A model generated the notes under the pieces. It saw only the letters and a list, made by a program, of their open reading frames with translations, searched no databases and was not told the origin of the DNA. This document shows positions 8,661 through 17,045 of a DNA stretch of 48,218 nt, one piece after another. The stretch comes from a bacterium. GTDB lineage: Bacteria; Patescibacteriota; Patescibacteriia; 2-12-FULL-60-25. Where the stretch lies: contig JANLIO010000059.1 in NCBI GenBank assembly GCA_024654265.1, positions 1 to 48,218 of the forward strand. The letters run 5' to 3'. The number at the start of each line of letters is the position of its first letter. The first letter of the stretch is position 1. The position numbers and the translations under genes are program-made.

Positions 8661-9266
8661 ATGCCAAACCTCACACCAAAACAAAAAGACGTTCTTGATT
8701 TTATTGTTACGTTTATTCAAGAGCAGGGGTATCCGCCGTCATTTCGTGAAATTGCAGAAGGGCTAAATCTTGCTTCTCCCTCGACAGTTCACGTTCACAT
8801 TCGGTCTCTTCGCGAGGGTGGGTTTTTACGCGGAACCGGTTCAGCGCGAAATCTAGAACCAACAGACAAGGCCGTACGTTGGGGGAAGAGTGTGCTTCTT
8901 CCTTTGAAGGGGCTCATCACAGCCGGAGAGCCAATTGAGGCGGTGGAAGAGTACGAGACGTTTGCGGTGCCTGTTGCGCTTGCGCCTGATTCTGCGAATT
9001 CATATGTACTTCGTGTGAAAGGAAGCTCCATGATTGAGGACGGGATTTTTGATGGTGATTATGTTGTTGTCGAACGAAATCCATCCCCGCGAAACGGTGA
9101 TGTTGTCGTTGCGCTTTTGGATAATGAGTACGCCACGCTCAAACGTTTTTATCGCGAACGTGATCGTATCCGTCTTCAACCGGCAAACTCCACCATGAAA
9201 CCAATCTATTGCCATGATCCGCTCATTCAAGGGATTGTTAGGGCGGTTATTCGAAGTTTTAGATAA
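8661..9266 (+). CDS. lexA: LexA repressor
   Basis: N-terminal winged HTH (LTPKQKDVLDFI..GYPPSFREIA). Ala-Gly cleavage region (ITAGEPIEA). S24 Ser (KGSSM) and Lys (ATLKRF). The ATG at 8661 is preferred over the TTG at 8652 in the track. Confidence 0.95.
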   Translation: MPNLTPKQKDVLDFIVTFIQEQGYPPSFREIAEGLNLASPSTVHVHIRSLREGGFLRGTGSARNLEPTDKAVRWGKSVLLPLKGLITAGEPIEAVEEYETFAVPVALAPDSANSYVLRVKGSSMIEDGIFDGDYVVVERNPSPRNGDVVVALLDNEYATLKRFYRERDRIRLQPANSTMKPIYCHDPLIQGIVRAVIRSFR

Positions 9267-9272
9267 AGGTGA

Positions 9273-9524
9273 ATGGATATGTACGAAAAAATTTCTGAAC
9301 CTATTGAAGTGATGGTGGCATTCCGTGGCAGTCGTCCGGAGCCGATTGTTTTTAAATGGAATCGGAAAATTTATCGCGTTTCAAAAGTAAATTTGATGCA
9401 CACTGAGCGACGTGGTCGAGAGAAGTTTTATATTTTTTCCGTATCAGACGAAACAAATGCCTATCGATTATCCTTTTCAGGAGAGTCTTTGAAGTGGAAT
9501 CTTGAAGAGATGGCGATGTTGTGA
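9273..9524 (+). CDS. Small conserved-looking hypothetical protein (81-83 aa) immediately downstream of lexA
   Basis: Starts 7 nt after the lexA stop. AAGGTG lies 7 nt before the second ATG (9279). Beta-rich pattern FKWNRKIYRV...YIFSV...YRLSF...WNLEE. Confidence 0.6.
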   Translation: MDMYEKISEPIEVMVAFRGSRPEPIVFKWNRKIYRVSKVNLMHTERRGREKFYIFSVSDETNAYRLSFSGESLKWNLEEMAML

Positions 9525-9554
9525 TATTTTGAAGTTAATCTTAAGATTATCTTT

Positions 9555-9773
9555 ATGAGTATCATTGGCCTCAAGGAATTGCGTGAAAATTTAGCGGAGT
9601 ATGAAAAACAGATCCAAAAAGGACGGTCGTTTATTGTCATGAAACGATCAAAGCCTATTTTTAAAATTGGGCCAGTGGATGAGGGCGGATGGGAAACGGT
9701 GATCGATTTTACTGAGCACAAAAAAGGCGGTATTTCCGCAAAGGAATTGCTTGCGCGATTACAAAAAAGTTGA
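9555..9773 (+). CDS. Type II antitoxin, Phd/YefM-like
   Basis: 72 aa. N-terminal LKELRENLAEY...IVMKRSKPIF pattern. Its stop lies 1 nt before the toxin ATG. Confidence 0.75.
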   Translation: MSIIGLKELRENLAEYEKQIQKGRSFIVMKRSKPIFKIGPVDEGGWETVIDFTEHKKGGISAKELLARLQKS

Positions 9774-9774
9774 C

Positions 9775-10014
9775 ATGACGGATCAGATCCAAAAGTTTCT
9801 TCGAAAACTTTCCGACAAGGAACGACGTGTGATCACTCGGCTGATCGAAATGATCGTTTTGGGTAAATTGACCGGTTTGGATGTAAAAAAGTTACAGGGA
9901 AGTCAGGATGTCTTTCGTATCCGAAAAGGTGATATTCGAATCATATACCGTAGATCAGACAACGAGGTTTTTATTATCGCCATCGAACGTAGGACGAAAA
10001 ATACCTATAGATAA
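9775..10014 (+). CDS. Type II toxin, RelE/ParE family
   Basis: 79 aa from the ATG at 9775. KKLQGSQDVFRIRKGDIRIIYRR..EVFIIAIERRTKNTY is a typical RelE/ParE C-terminal pattern. Confidence 0.8.
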   Translation: MTDQIQKFLRKLSDKERRVITRLIEMIVLGKLTGLDVKKLQGSQDVFRIRKGDIRIIYRRSDNEVFIIAIERRTKNTYR

Positions 10015-10096
10015 AAGTGCGTGCGCACATACGAGAGTGAGGATACTCGGTGTCCTTATTTGGAGCGATGCGTGTCAGTCAGACGGGTTTTTTATA

Positions 10097-10130
10097 TTGA
10101 CCGGTTTGTGTAAGTGTTCTATTTTTGTTC
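10097..10130 (+). promoter_or_regulatory. dinB promoter (TTGACC-17-TATTTT) with GTTC-N7-GTTC putative SOS box
   Basis: TTGACC 10097-10102. TATTTT 10120-10125. GTGTTCTATTTTTGTTC 10114-10130 is identical over 17 nt to the lexA site. ATG at 10132. Confidence 0.65.
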
Positions 10131-10131
10131 T

Positions 10132-11445
10132 ATGTTCCTCCCGCTTTCGGAAAAACTCATTGCTCATGTGGATATGAACTCCTATTTCGCGTCTGTGGAG
10201 CAACAGGCGAATCCAACGTTGCGTGGAAAGCCGATTGGGGTGTGCGCGTATTTGCATGAACATGGATGTGTGATCGCGGCGTCAGTTGAGGCGAAACGTT
10301 TTGGCGTGAAGGTTGGGATGACAGTGCGTGAATCGCGCGCTGTTTGTCCGCATATGGTGTTTGTGGAAAATGATCCGGGGAAATATCGAGCCGTGACAAA
10401 AAGCGTGTTTGGCATTTTGGGTGAATTAACAGATCGGATGGAGCCGTATTCGATTGATGAAGCGTTTCTAGATCTCACGGGTTGGTTTAAAGATCCGGCA
10501 GAGGCAGGATGGGCGCTCGCACGTGCTCGGCAAAGGATCACGGATGAAGTTGGTGAATGGTTGCGCTGTTCCATTGGCATTGCGCCCACGCGTTTCTTGG
10601 CAAAGACAGCGTCAAAAATGGAAAAGCCGAGCGGGCTCACGGTGATTGATCATGAAAATCTTGATGAGATGCTGGGGCGTTTACGTCTTCGTGATTTACA
10701 TGGCATTGGTCCACGCATGGAGCGACGATTTAAGAAGATCGGAATTTATTCGCCACTCGCGCTTAAACAATATCCACTTCAAAATCTTATGCGCCCGTTT
10801 GGGAAATATGGATTTATGATGTGGGCAAAGTTACACGGATGGGAACCGGATCATATTCAAACGGCTGACGAAAACGTACGAAAATCAATTGGTCATTCAT
10901 ATTGTTTACCGGATCGGATAAATGATGGTGAAGGCGGGGTTCTTTCTGTTCTCGTAAAACTTACAGAGCGTGCATCGCGAAGAATGCGAACGTATCGATT
11001 CCTCGCGTCCGTTGTTACTGTCGCAGTCTCTTTTCGTGAAAACGACGACCGTCATCCTATTTCATTTCAGGTTGGAACGATATCGGATTGGCGCAGGCTC
11101 GATGAACCGGCGCAAGATTCATTTGTGCTTATTGATGTGGCGACGCGCCTGTTGCATACGATGTGGAATGGGGAGCGAGTTCGCTTTCTCGCGGTAACAC
11201 TTTCCGAGTTTTCCATTCCAACTGGGCAATTATCGTTGCCAGCTTCATCATCTGATGCCTGCCGAACGCGTACGCATACGCGTCAAAAAGATGTTTCATT
11301 CGCCATCGATGCTATCCGCGATCGGTATGGAGATAACTCAATTATGTTCGGATCTATGTTTGGATCAGAGGAGCACGCCCCTGAGCGCATTGGCTTTCGG
11401 AAAACGGATATGTTGTCGCGTCTTCCAAGACGTGCGGTTTTCTGA
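10132..11445 (+). CDS. dinB: DNA polymerase IV (Y-family)
   Basis: IAHVDMNSYFASVEQ and SIDEAFLD catalytic motifs. HhH region GIGPRMERRF. Confidence 0.93.
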   Translation: MFLPLSEKLIAHVDMNSYFASVEQQANPTLRGKPIGVCAYLHEHGCVIAASVEAKRFGVKVGMTVRESRAVCPHMVFVENDPGKYRAVTKSVFGILGELTDRMEPYSIDEAFLDLTGWFKDPAEAGWALARARQRITDEVGEWLRCSIGIAPTRFLAKTASKMEKPSGLTVIDHENLDEMLGRLRLRDLHGIGPRMERRFKKIGIYSPLALKQYPLQNLMRPFGKYGFMMWAKLHGWEPDHIQTADENVRKSIGHSYCLPDRINDGEGGVLSVLVKLTERASRRMRTYRFLASVVTVAVSFRENDDRHPISFQVGTISDWRRLDEPAQDSFVLIDVATRLLHTMWNGERVRFLAVTLSEFSIPTGQLSLPASSSDACRTRTHTRQKDVSFAIDAIRDRYGDNSIMFGSMFGSEEHAPERIGFRKTDMLSRLPRRAVF

Positions 11446-11459
11446 TAATTTGGGACAAT

Positions 11460-13916
11460 ATGAACGAACGATATTCACCTCATGAGATTGAGTCGAAGTG
11501 GCAGGCGACGTGGGAAGAGGACGGAATCTATCATGCAAAGGATGGTGATCCACGTCATCGTGATGAAAAATTTTACGGATTGATCGAATTTCCGTATCCA
11601 TCAGGTGAGGGTTTACACGTTGGTCATCCGCGGTCGTATACAGCGCTTGATATCATGATGCGGAAAAAGCGGATGGAAGGGAAGAACGTTTTGTATCCGA
11701 TTGGGTGGGATGCATTTGGGTTGCCCACGGAAAATTTTGCGATTAAACATAAAATAAAACCACAGGATGCAACAGCGAAAAATGTTGCGAACTTTACGCG
11801 TCAGTTGAAGTCTCTCGGATTTGGTTTTGATTGGTCGCGCGAAATCAACACAACGGATCCGGCATACTATAAATGGACGCAATGGATGTTTTTAAAATTC
11901 TACGACGCGTTTTACGATGAAGAACAAGATCGAGCACGCCCCATCTCTGAGTTTGTCGGGGAGGATCCTGATGCACATCGTTTGGCGTTTAAAGCGAAAA
12001 CAGAGATTAATTGGTGCCCCTCGTGCAAGATCGGATTGGCGAATGAAGAGGCGCAAGGCGGTGTGTGCGAGCGGTGTGGAGGGCCAGTAGAAAAACGGGA
12101 AAAGGAACAGTGGATGTTGCGTATCACAAAGTATGCCGATCGTTTGCTGAATGATCTGGAGTCTGTAGATTATCTTGAACGAATTAAATCTCAGCAGACA
12201 AACTGGATCGGAAAAAGTGAAGGGGCGTATGTGGATTTTGAAATTCGTCCTCCGTTCTCTGCTCGAAGTTCCGCATCATCCGATAACGATTCAGTGTTTG
12301 GTACGATCCGCGTTTTTACCACTCGCCCTGATACGATCGACGGTGCAACATTTTTAGTGATGGCACCGGAGCATGGCATGGTCGCAACGTGGTTGAGCGA
12401 GGGAAGGATTACAAACGCAAAACAGGTTCAAGACTATCAAGCAAAAGCAATTACAAAATCAGATTTGGACAGACAGCGTGAAGATAAGGGTAAAACAGGA
12501 GTTGAATTAAAGGGAGTTCAAGCGATAAATCCAGCGACACAAGAAGAAATCCCTGTTTGGATTGCGGATTATGTTCTTGCCGGATATGGAACGGGTGCCA
12601 TTATGGCGGTTCCTGCATATGACGAGCGTGATCGTGATTTTGCTGATCAATTTAAACTTCCAATCGTTGAAACACCGCTTCGCGACATGGCGGAAACACT
12701 TTCATGGGTTGAAAACCGTGGTATTGGCGAGCGCGCAACAACGTATCGTCTCCGTGATTGGGTATTTTCTCGTCAACGGTATTGGGGTGAACCAATCCCG
12801 CTCGTCTACTGTGATGCGTGTGGAACAGTTCCTCTTTCAATTTCAGATCTTCCGCTTCTTCTTCCAGACGTTGAAGTGTATGAACCAACCGACACGGGGG
12901 AGTCACCGCTCGCGGGAATGACTGAGTGGGTACATACGACATGTCCAACATGCAAAGGTCCGGCAAAACGTGAAACGGATACGATGCCAAACTGGGCCGG
13001 ATCGTCGTGGTATTTTTTGCGATATTGCGATCCGAAAAATAATGACGCCTTTGCTGACGCCGAGAAACTCAAATATTGGATGCCTGTTGATCTCTACAAC
13101 GGTGGAATGGAGCACACAACGCTTCACCTTTTGTATTCTCGTTTTTGGTACAAGGTGCTTTTTGATCTTGAATATATTCCGAAATCATGTGGATCAGAAC
13201 CGTACTCAATGCGAAGATCACATGCGCTCATTCTTGGTGAAGGTGGTATAAAAATGTCGAAATCAAAAGGAAATGTTGTAAATCCGGATGATATTGTCAA
13301 TGAGTACGGCGCCGACATCTTCCGGATTTATGAAATGTTTATCGGCCCATTTGATCAAGACGCGCCGTGGAACACGCGAGGCATTCAGGGTGTAAAACGA
13401 TTTTTGGAAAAAGTGTGGCGCGTGTACACAGAGGATGAGACGCCTCAGTCAGAATCTGAAGAATGCGTCTCTCTCATTCACAAGACGGCTCAAAAAGTCG
13501 GTGATGATATTGAGTCCATGGATTTCAATACCGCTGTCTCAACGCTCATGGTGATGACAAATGAAATGGCAAAGCAAGGAGCATCGTTAACGACGCGTGA
13601 AATGTTCTGCAAACTTCTCGCTCCGTTTGCCCCTCATCTTTCTGAAGAACTGTGGTCACGAATGGGGTACACTGATTCGGTTCACGTATCAGCATGGCCA
13701 AAGGCTGATTCAAGCAAGATTCATCGTGATACGTTCGAGCTCGTCATCCAAGTGGATGGAAAAGTCCGTGACAAAATAATGGTTTCTTCTGATATTTCAG
13801 AGGAACTCGCAAAAGAAAAGGCACTTGCATCCGAAAATGTACAAAAATTTGTAAAAAACAGACAACCTTCACGTATTGTGTACGTCCCAGGGAGACTCGT
13901 GAGTATTGCTATTTAA
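11460..13916 (+). CDS. leuS: Leucine--tRNA ligase
   Basis: 818 aa. HIGH-type motif (LHVGHPRSY). KMSKS motif (KMSKSKGN). CP1 editing domain present. Confidence 0.97.
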   Translation: MNERYSPHEIESKWQATWEEDGIYHAKDGDPRHRDEKFYGLIEFPYPSGEGLHVGHPRSYTALDIMMRKKRMEGKNVLYPIGWDAFGLPTENFAIKHKIKPQDATAKNVANFTRQLKSLGFGFDWSREINTTDPAYYKWTQWMFLKFYDAFYDEEQDRARPISEFVGEDPDAHRLAFKAKTEINWCPSCKIGLANEEAQGGVCERCGGPVEKREKEQWMLRITKYADRLLNDLESVDYLERIKSQQTNWIGKSEGAYVDFEIRPPFSARSSASSDNDSVFGTIRVFTTRPDTIDGATFLVMAPEHGMVATWLSEGRITNAKQVQDYQAKAITKSDLDRQREDKGKTGVELKGVQAINPATQEEIPVWIADYVLAGYGTGAIMAVPAYDERDRDFADQFKLPIVETPLRDMAETLSWVENRGIGERATTYRLRDWVFSRQRYWGEPIPLVYCDACGTVPLSISDLPLLLPDVEVYEPTDTGESPLAGMTEWVHTTCPTCKGPAKRETDTMPNWAGSSWYFLRYCDPKNNDAFADAEKLKYWMPVDLYNGGMEHTTLHLLYSRFWYKVLFDLEYIPKSCGSEPYSMRRSHALILGEGGIKMSKSKGNVVNPDDIVNEYGADIFRIYEMFIGPFDQDAPWNTRGIQGVKRFLEKVWRVYTEDETPQSESEECVSLIHKTAQKVGDDIESMDFNTAVSTLMVMTNEMAKQGASLTTREMFCKLLAPFAPHLSEELWSRMGYTDSVHVSAWPKADSSKIHRDTFELVIQVDGKVRDKIMVSSDISEELAKEKALASENVQKFVKNRQPSRIVYVPGRLVSIAI

Positions 13917-13922
13917 TATCCT

Positions 13923-13975
13923 GAGAGGCTTAAGCTTTAGGTTAAATCTCTCTTGTTTTGTATTTTGTTTCGTTT
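13923..13975 (+). terminator. Probable terminator after leuS
   Basis: GAGAG...CTCTC hairpin enclosing the GCTTAAGC palindrome, followed by a long T-rich tract. Confidence 0.45.
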
Positions 13976-14020
13976 TGAACTTTCTTGACAAGGTCTTTTG
14001 AAATATGGCAGCGGTGAAGG

Positions 14021-15232
14021 ATGGGTCGTTATTTTGGCTGGGGGATGTTTGCCGTCCTGTTTGGAGTCGCTCTTCGTAGTACAGAGTCTTCTTTTTATAT
14101 TCCGCCGTGGTTTTGGATGGTTTCCTTTTTTTGTTTTGTGACGGTATTTCTTTGCATATCAGCCCTTCAGTTTCGTATTGTTGTTTGTCTTGTTTTCGCA
14201 TTTGTATTTGGAATGTGGCGTGTGGATGTTGCACCTCGTCCGCACCTTCGTAGAATCGACGGGCGTGCATTTTTGGTTCGTACGCAAGTGGTTGATGTAT
14301 GGACAGCACGAAGAAATGCAGTGACAGCGCGCATTGCCCCACATTTTTCTCCGGATGAAACAGCACTGGTTGCCGGAATTTTGTATGGTGATGCCGATTT
14401 TTCAAAAACAGCGAAAGATCGGTTTGTCTCATCCGGATTGATGCATGTGGTCGCCGTTTCCGGATCAAATGTAACGATTCTTATCCGAGCGATCTCGCTC
14501 ATACTTCTCTTTTTTGGATTACATCGTCGTCACGCATTTTTTCTTTCCTCAGGATCTCTTATTTTATTTACTCTTTTTGTTGGAATCCAACCGTCCGTTC
14601 TTCGTGCCGGGTTGATGGCGTGGGCTGTTCTTATCGCGCGTGAGATTGGACATCCGACCTCGGCATTTCGACTTCTTTTGACATCGGCATTTATTTTGAT
14701 CATGTGGAATCCGTGGCAACTTTTGTTTGATGTGAGTTTTGCTCTTTCCTTTCTTGCGATGTGGGGAGTTCTCGCGTGGACGCCTATTTTCACAAAGTGG
14801 TTTTGGTTTTTGCCCACGCGTTTCAGTTTGCGCGAAATTGCATCAATGACCGCATCGGCAACATTGATGACGGCACCGTATCTTGCCTGGGCGTTTGGAA
14901 GACTTTCCCTTGCTGGGCTTATCACAAATTTATTCGCACTTCCTTTGGTTCTTTTTATTATGGCGGGTGGTGCCATTGTCGCTGTTCTTGGCACAATGCC
15001 TTTCGCATCTGTTGTCGCCGTTCCGCTCCAAGGCTTTGTTCGAGCGATGTATTTTATCTCGCGTCTTGCGGAGGCGGTTCCATGGCTTGATCTTGGTGTG
15101 CAGAGCATGACATCAGTTTTTTGTGTTTCGGCATATCTCCTTTTGATATTTCTGTGGATAAGTGTGCGTGGAGACATGGATGAGGGGTGTGGAAAAGTCG
15201 GAATATTTTTTGGACGTGTCAGTATCGACTGA
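14021..15232 (+). CDS. comEC: ComEC/Rec2-family competence channel protein (short form, no MBL domain)
   Basis: 403 aa polytopic membrane protein. Competence-domain signature LVAGILYGD...GLMHVVAVSGSNVTIL. Confidence 0.8.
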   Translation: MGRYFGWGMFAVLFGVALRSTESSFYIPPWFWMVSFFCFVTVFLCISALQFRIVVCLVFAFVFGMWRVDVAPRPHLRRIDGRAFLVRTQVVDVWTARRNAVTARIAPHFSPDETALVAGILYGDADFSKTAKDRFVSSGLMHVVAVSGSNVTILIRAISLILLFFGLHRRHAFFLSSGSLILFTLFVGIQPSVLRAGLMAWAVLIAREIGHPTSAFRLLLTSAFILIMWNPWQLLFDVSFALSFLAMWGVLAWTPIFTKWFWFLPTRFSLREIASMTASATLMTAPYLAWAFGRLSLAGLITNLFALPLVLFIMAGGAIVAVLGTMPFASVVAVPLQGFVRAMYFISRLAEAVPWLDLGVQSMTSVFCVSAYLLLIFLWISVRGDMDEGCGKVGIFFGRVSID

Positions 15233-15615
15233 CGCGTGTTCTTTTTGCTGTAACGGTTGAATCTGACAAGGTGTTTATACGTGCTGACACTTTTTTTTGA
15301 CCCGCTTTTCAAACACCCACACACTGATAGTGCAGATCGATCTCGTACCTCACACGAACAGAGAGCGCGACGGAATGAAAGGAAGCGGATATATCCGGGC
15401 CAGATCGGGGAAAGAAGCGGCCCCGAAGGAAACCCCGAGTCGGTTTTGACTGATTCGGAGATGGATAGACCACACGTTTGTTTTCTTGCATTCCAGCGTC
15501 GCCTCTCTGTCACGTTGTGTCCCACGCAATCTCCGTGATGCATAGCGGAAATCGCGGGGCGACACATGAGGTGTTGTCTCGTTCATTCACATTTCGGGAT
15601 ATCAAGGAGGAACTC

Positions 15616-16863
15616 ATGTTCCACGCACGTCGGTTTACATACAGTTTCGGTTTGACTGGAATACTCATCATCTTCGAATTTCTTATCTTCGCTCTTGTCT
15701 TTGGTGGCTGTGGCTACTATGACGAGCATGAGATGCAGAAGATCGGAAAAGAAGCATCTTCGATGCAGGCATTGCCTTGCATGGTGACAACGGTGTACGC
15801 ACCCGTGAATTCTGAAGATCTCCAAAACGTGTACCAAGGACGTTCGTTTTATGCGGACGTAAATCACCTTGGTCACGATGTTTCCCTTCCGGAAGGATCG
15901 TCTATCTCACCTGTTGGTTGTGGCAAACTGCAGGTCTATCGTCCGTCGTCAGGGTACGGTCAACTCGTTGTTGTCATCGAGCACGAGTTTCCGTTCCCAG
16001 TACAGCTCACGAACGGTGAGGGTAAGCAGGTGAAGATCACGCGGTTTCTTTCCATCTACGGTCATCTTCGAAAGAGTGAGGATCGAATGGGTGGGAATGC
16101 CTCGTCGTTTTCACCGGGAGATCGTATCGATCCTGTTGATACGATCGGCTACATTGATCAGGACGCGACAAACGGTGACGGCGCCGAGCATGTTCATATC
16201 GGGATTCGACTCCAAAGCGCATCGGACGCGGTAAAGACGGATCCATCCGCGTGGTTTCGCGGATACGATAAAGTGCCAAGCCAGCGAAAATGGTATGCAG
16301 ATCCGCTGACGTTTCTAAATGAAGCGCATACAGCGCTTGGAGGACCTTCGTGTTATGGCACGGGTGGTTCTGGAGGATCTTCTTCAGAGTCCGGTTCGTC
16401 ATCGAGCTCGTCTTCAGGATCGGGAACAATGTCATCGAGCTCATCATCGAGCGGATCTTCCGGCGGATCATCGACCGGAGTTCCTGTGGGCATGATCCAA
16501 TTCGTGTACACCGGACCCGCAATGTCTGGATCACATGAACTGCATGGGATGTGGGATCCTCCGGGACCAAGCTCGGTGTCATGGGGATCCGAAGCAACGG
16601 TTCAATGTCCGGATGTCGTTCCTGGAGATGGCGGGCTGGAATGTCTGTTGGCAATGTCGAGCGGAACACAGTATTTCACGTTTACGGTTCGACTCCCCGA
16701 TGGAAGTTGGTGGGGTGACATGTCGAATGATCCAAAAGGCGGAAAAGGAAAACCGATTGGAAACGTGACTCTCACTGGACCGAATGGAGAAATTTCCTAC
16801 CAAATGGTAAATAATGGAAGTGGACCGGAATACTACAACGGGTTTGTCTCCGTTATCCCGTAA
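15616..16863 (+). CDS. M23-family metallopeptidase with TM anchor, Ser/Gly linker and a C-terminal beta-rich domain
   Basis: ATG 5 nt after AAGGAGG (15604-15610). HLGHD and EHVHIG match the M23 HxxxD and HxH zinc motifs. Long SSSGS linker. Confidence 0.7.
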   Translation: MFHARRFTYSFGLTGILIIFEFLIFALVFGGCGYYDEHEMQKIGKEASSMQALPCMVTTVYAPVNSEDLQNVYQGRSFYADVNHLGHDVSLPEGSSISPVGCGKLQVYRPSSGYGQLVVVIEHEFPFPVQLTNGEGKQVKITRFLSIYGHLRKSEDRMGGNASSFSPGDRIDPVDTIGYIDQDATNGDGAEHVHIGIRLQSASDAVKTDPSAWFRGYDKVPSQRKWYADPLTFLNEAHTALGGPSCYGTGGSGGSSSESGSSSSSSSGSGTMSSSSSSSGSSGGSSTGVPVGMIQFVYTGPAMSGSHELHGMWDPPGPSSVSWGSEATVQCPDVVPGDGGLECLLAMSSGTQYFTFTVRLPDGSWWGDMSNDPKGGKGKPIGNVTLTGPNGEISYQMVNNGSGPEYYNGFVSVIP

Positions 16864-16868
16864 TTTTC

Positions 16869-16915
16869 GTAGCCTAGAGAAGAAAGAACTTCTCTTTTCT
16901 AGGCTACATCTTTTC
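16869..16915 (+). terminator. Intrinsic terminator after the M23 gene
   Basis: Long stem GTAGCCTAGAGAAG/CTTCTC..TCTAGGCTAC followed by a T-rich tail. Confidence 0.75.
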
Positions 16916-16951
16916 ATCTTGTCATCAGCTTGACCGTATGAGAGGATACTA

Positions 16952-16966
16952 GAACGAAAATAGAAC
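16952..16966 (-). promoter_or_regulatory. Putative SOS box upstream of recA (GAAC-N7-GAAC, equal to GTTCTATTTTCGTTC on the minus strand)
   Basis: Reverse complement differs from the lexA/dinB box at one spacer position only. Confidence 0.6.
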
Positions 16967-16989
16967 AAAGATTGTTTGTGAGAACCATG

Positions 16990-17031
16990 TGTTCCATATT
17001 CCATATTCCATATTCCAAATTCATTATTCAT
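16990..17031. repeat. Tandem heptamer tract (TGTTCCA, TATTCCA x3, AATTCAT, TATTCAT)
   Basis: Six contiguous 7-nt units directly upstream of the recA -10 element. Confidence 0.85.
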
Positions 17032-17033
17032 TT

Positions 17034-17039
17034 TAAAAT
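17034..17039 (+). promoter_or_regulatory. -10 element TAAAAT placed 6 nt before the recA ATG
   Basis: TAAAAT-aaagat-ATG with no Shine-Dalgarno. Confidence 0.45.
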
Positions 17040-17045
17040 AAAGAT

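Noticed and set aside
14530-15567. Long antisense ORFs: 345 aa opposite comEC, 318 aa opposite gyrA (37499-38455), 210 aa opposite the M23 gene (16037-16669), 188 aa opposite the TSP3 gene (33453-34019), 199 aa at 13869-14468.
   Set aside because: All lie fully antisense to well-supported genes. They are Arg/Ser/Pro-rich with no start signals, which is typical of frame -1 shadows of real genes.
16982-16994. GAAC-CATGT-GTTC read as a Gram-positive-type (Cheo) SOS box.
   Set aside because: The canonical box has a 4-nt spacer (GAAC-N4-GTTC) and this one has 5. The direct-repeat motif is the one shared by lexA, dinB and recA. It is kept only as a note in the recA finding.
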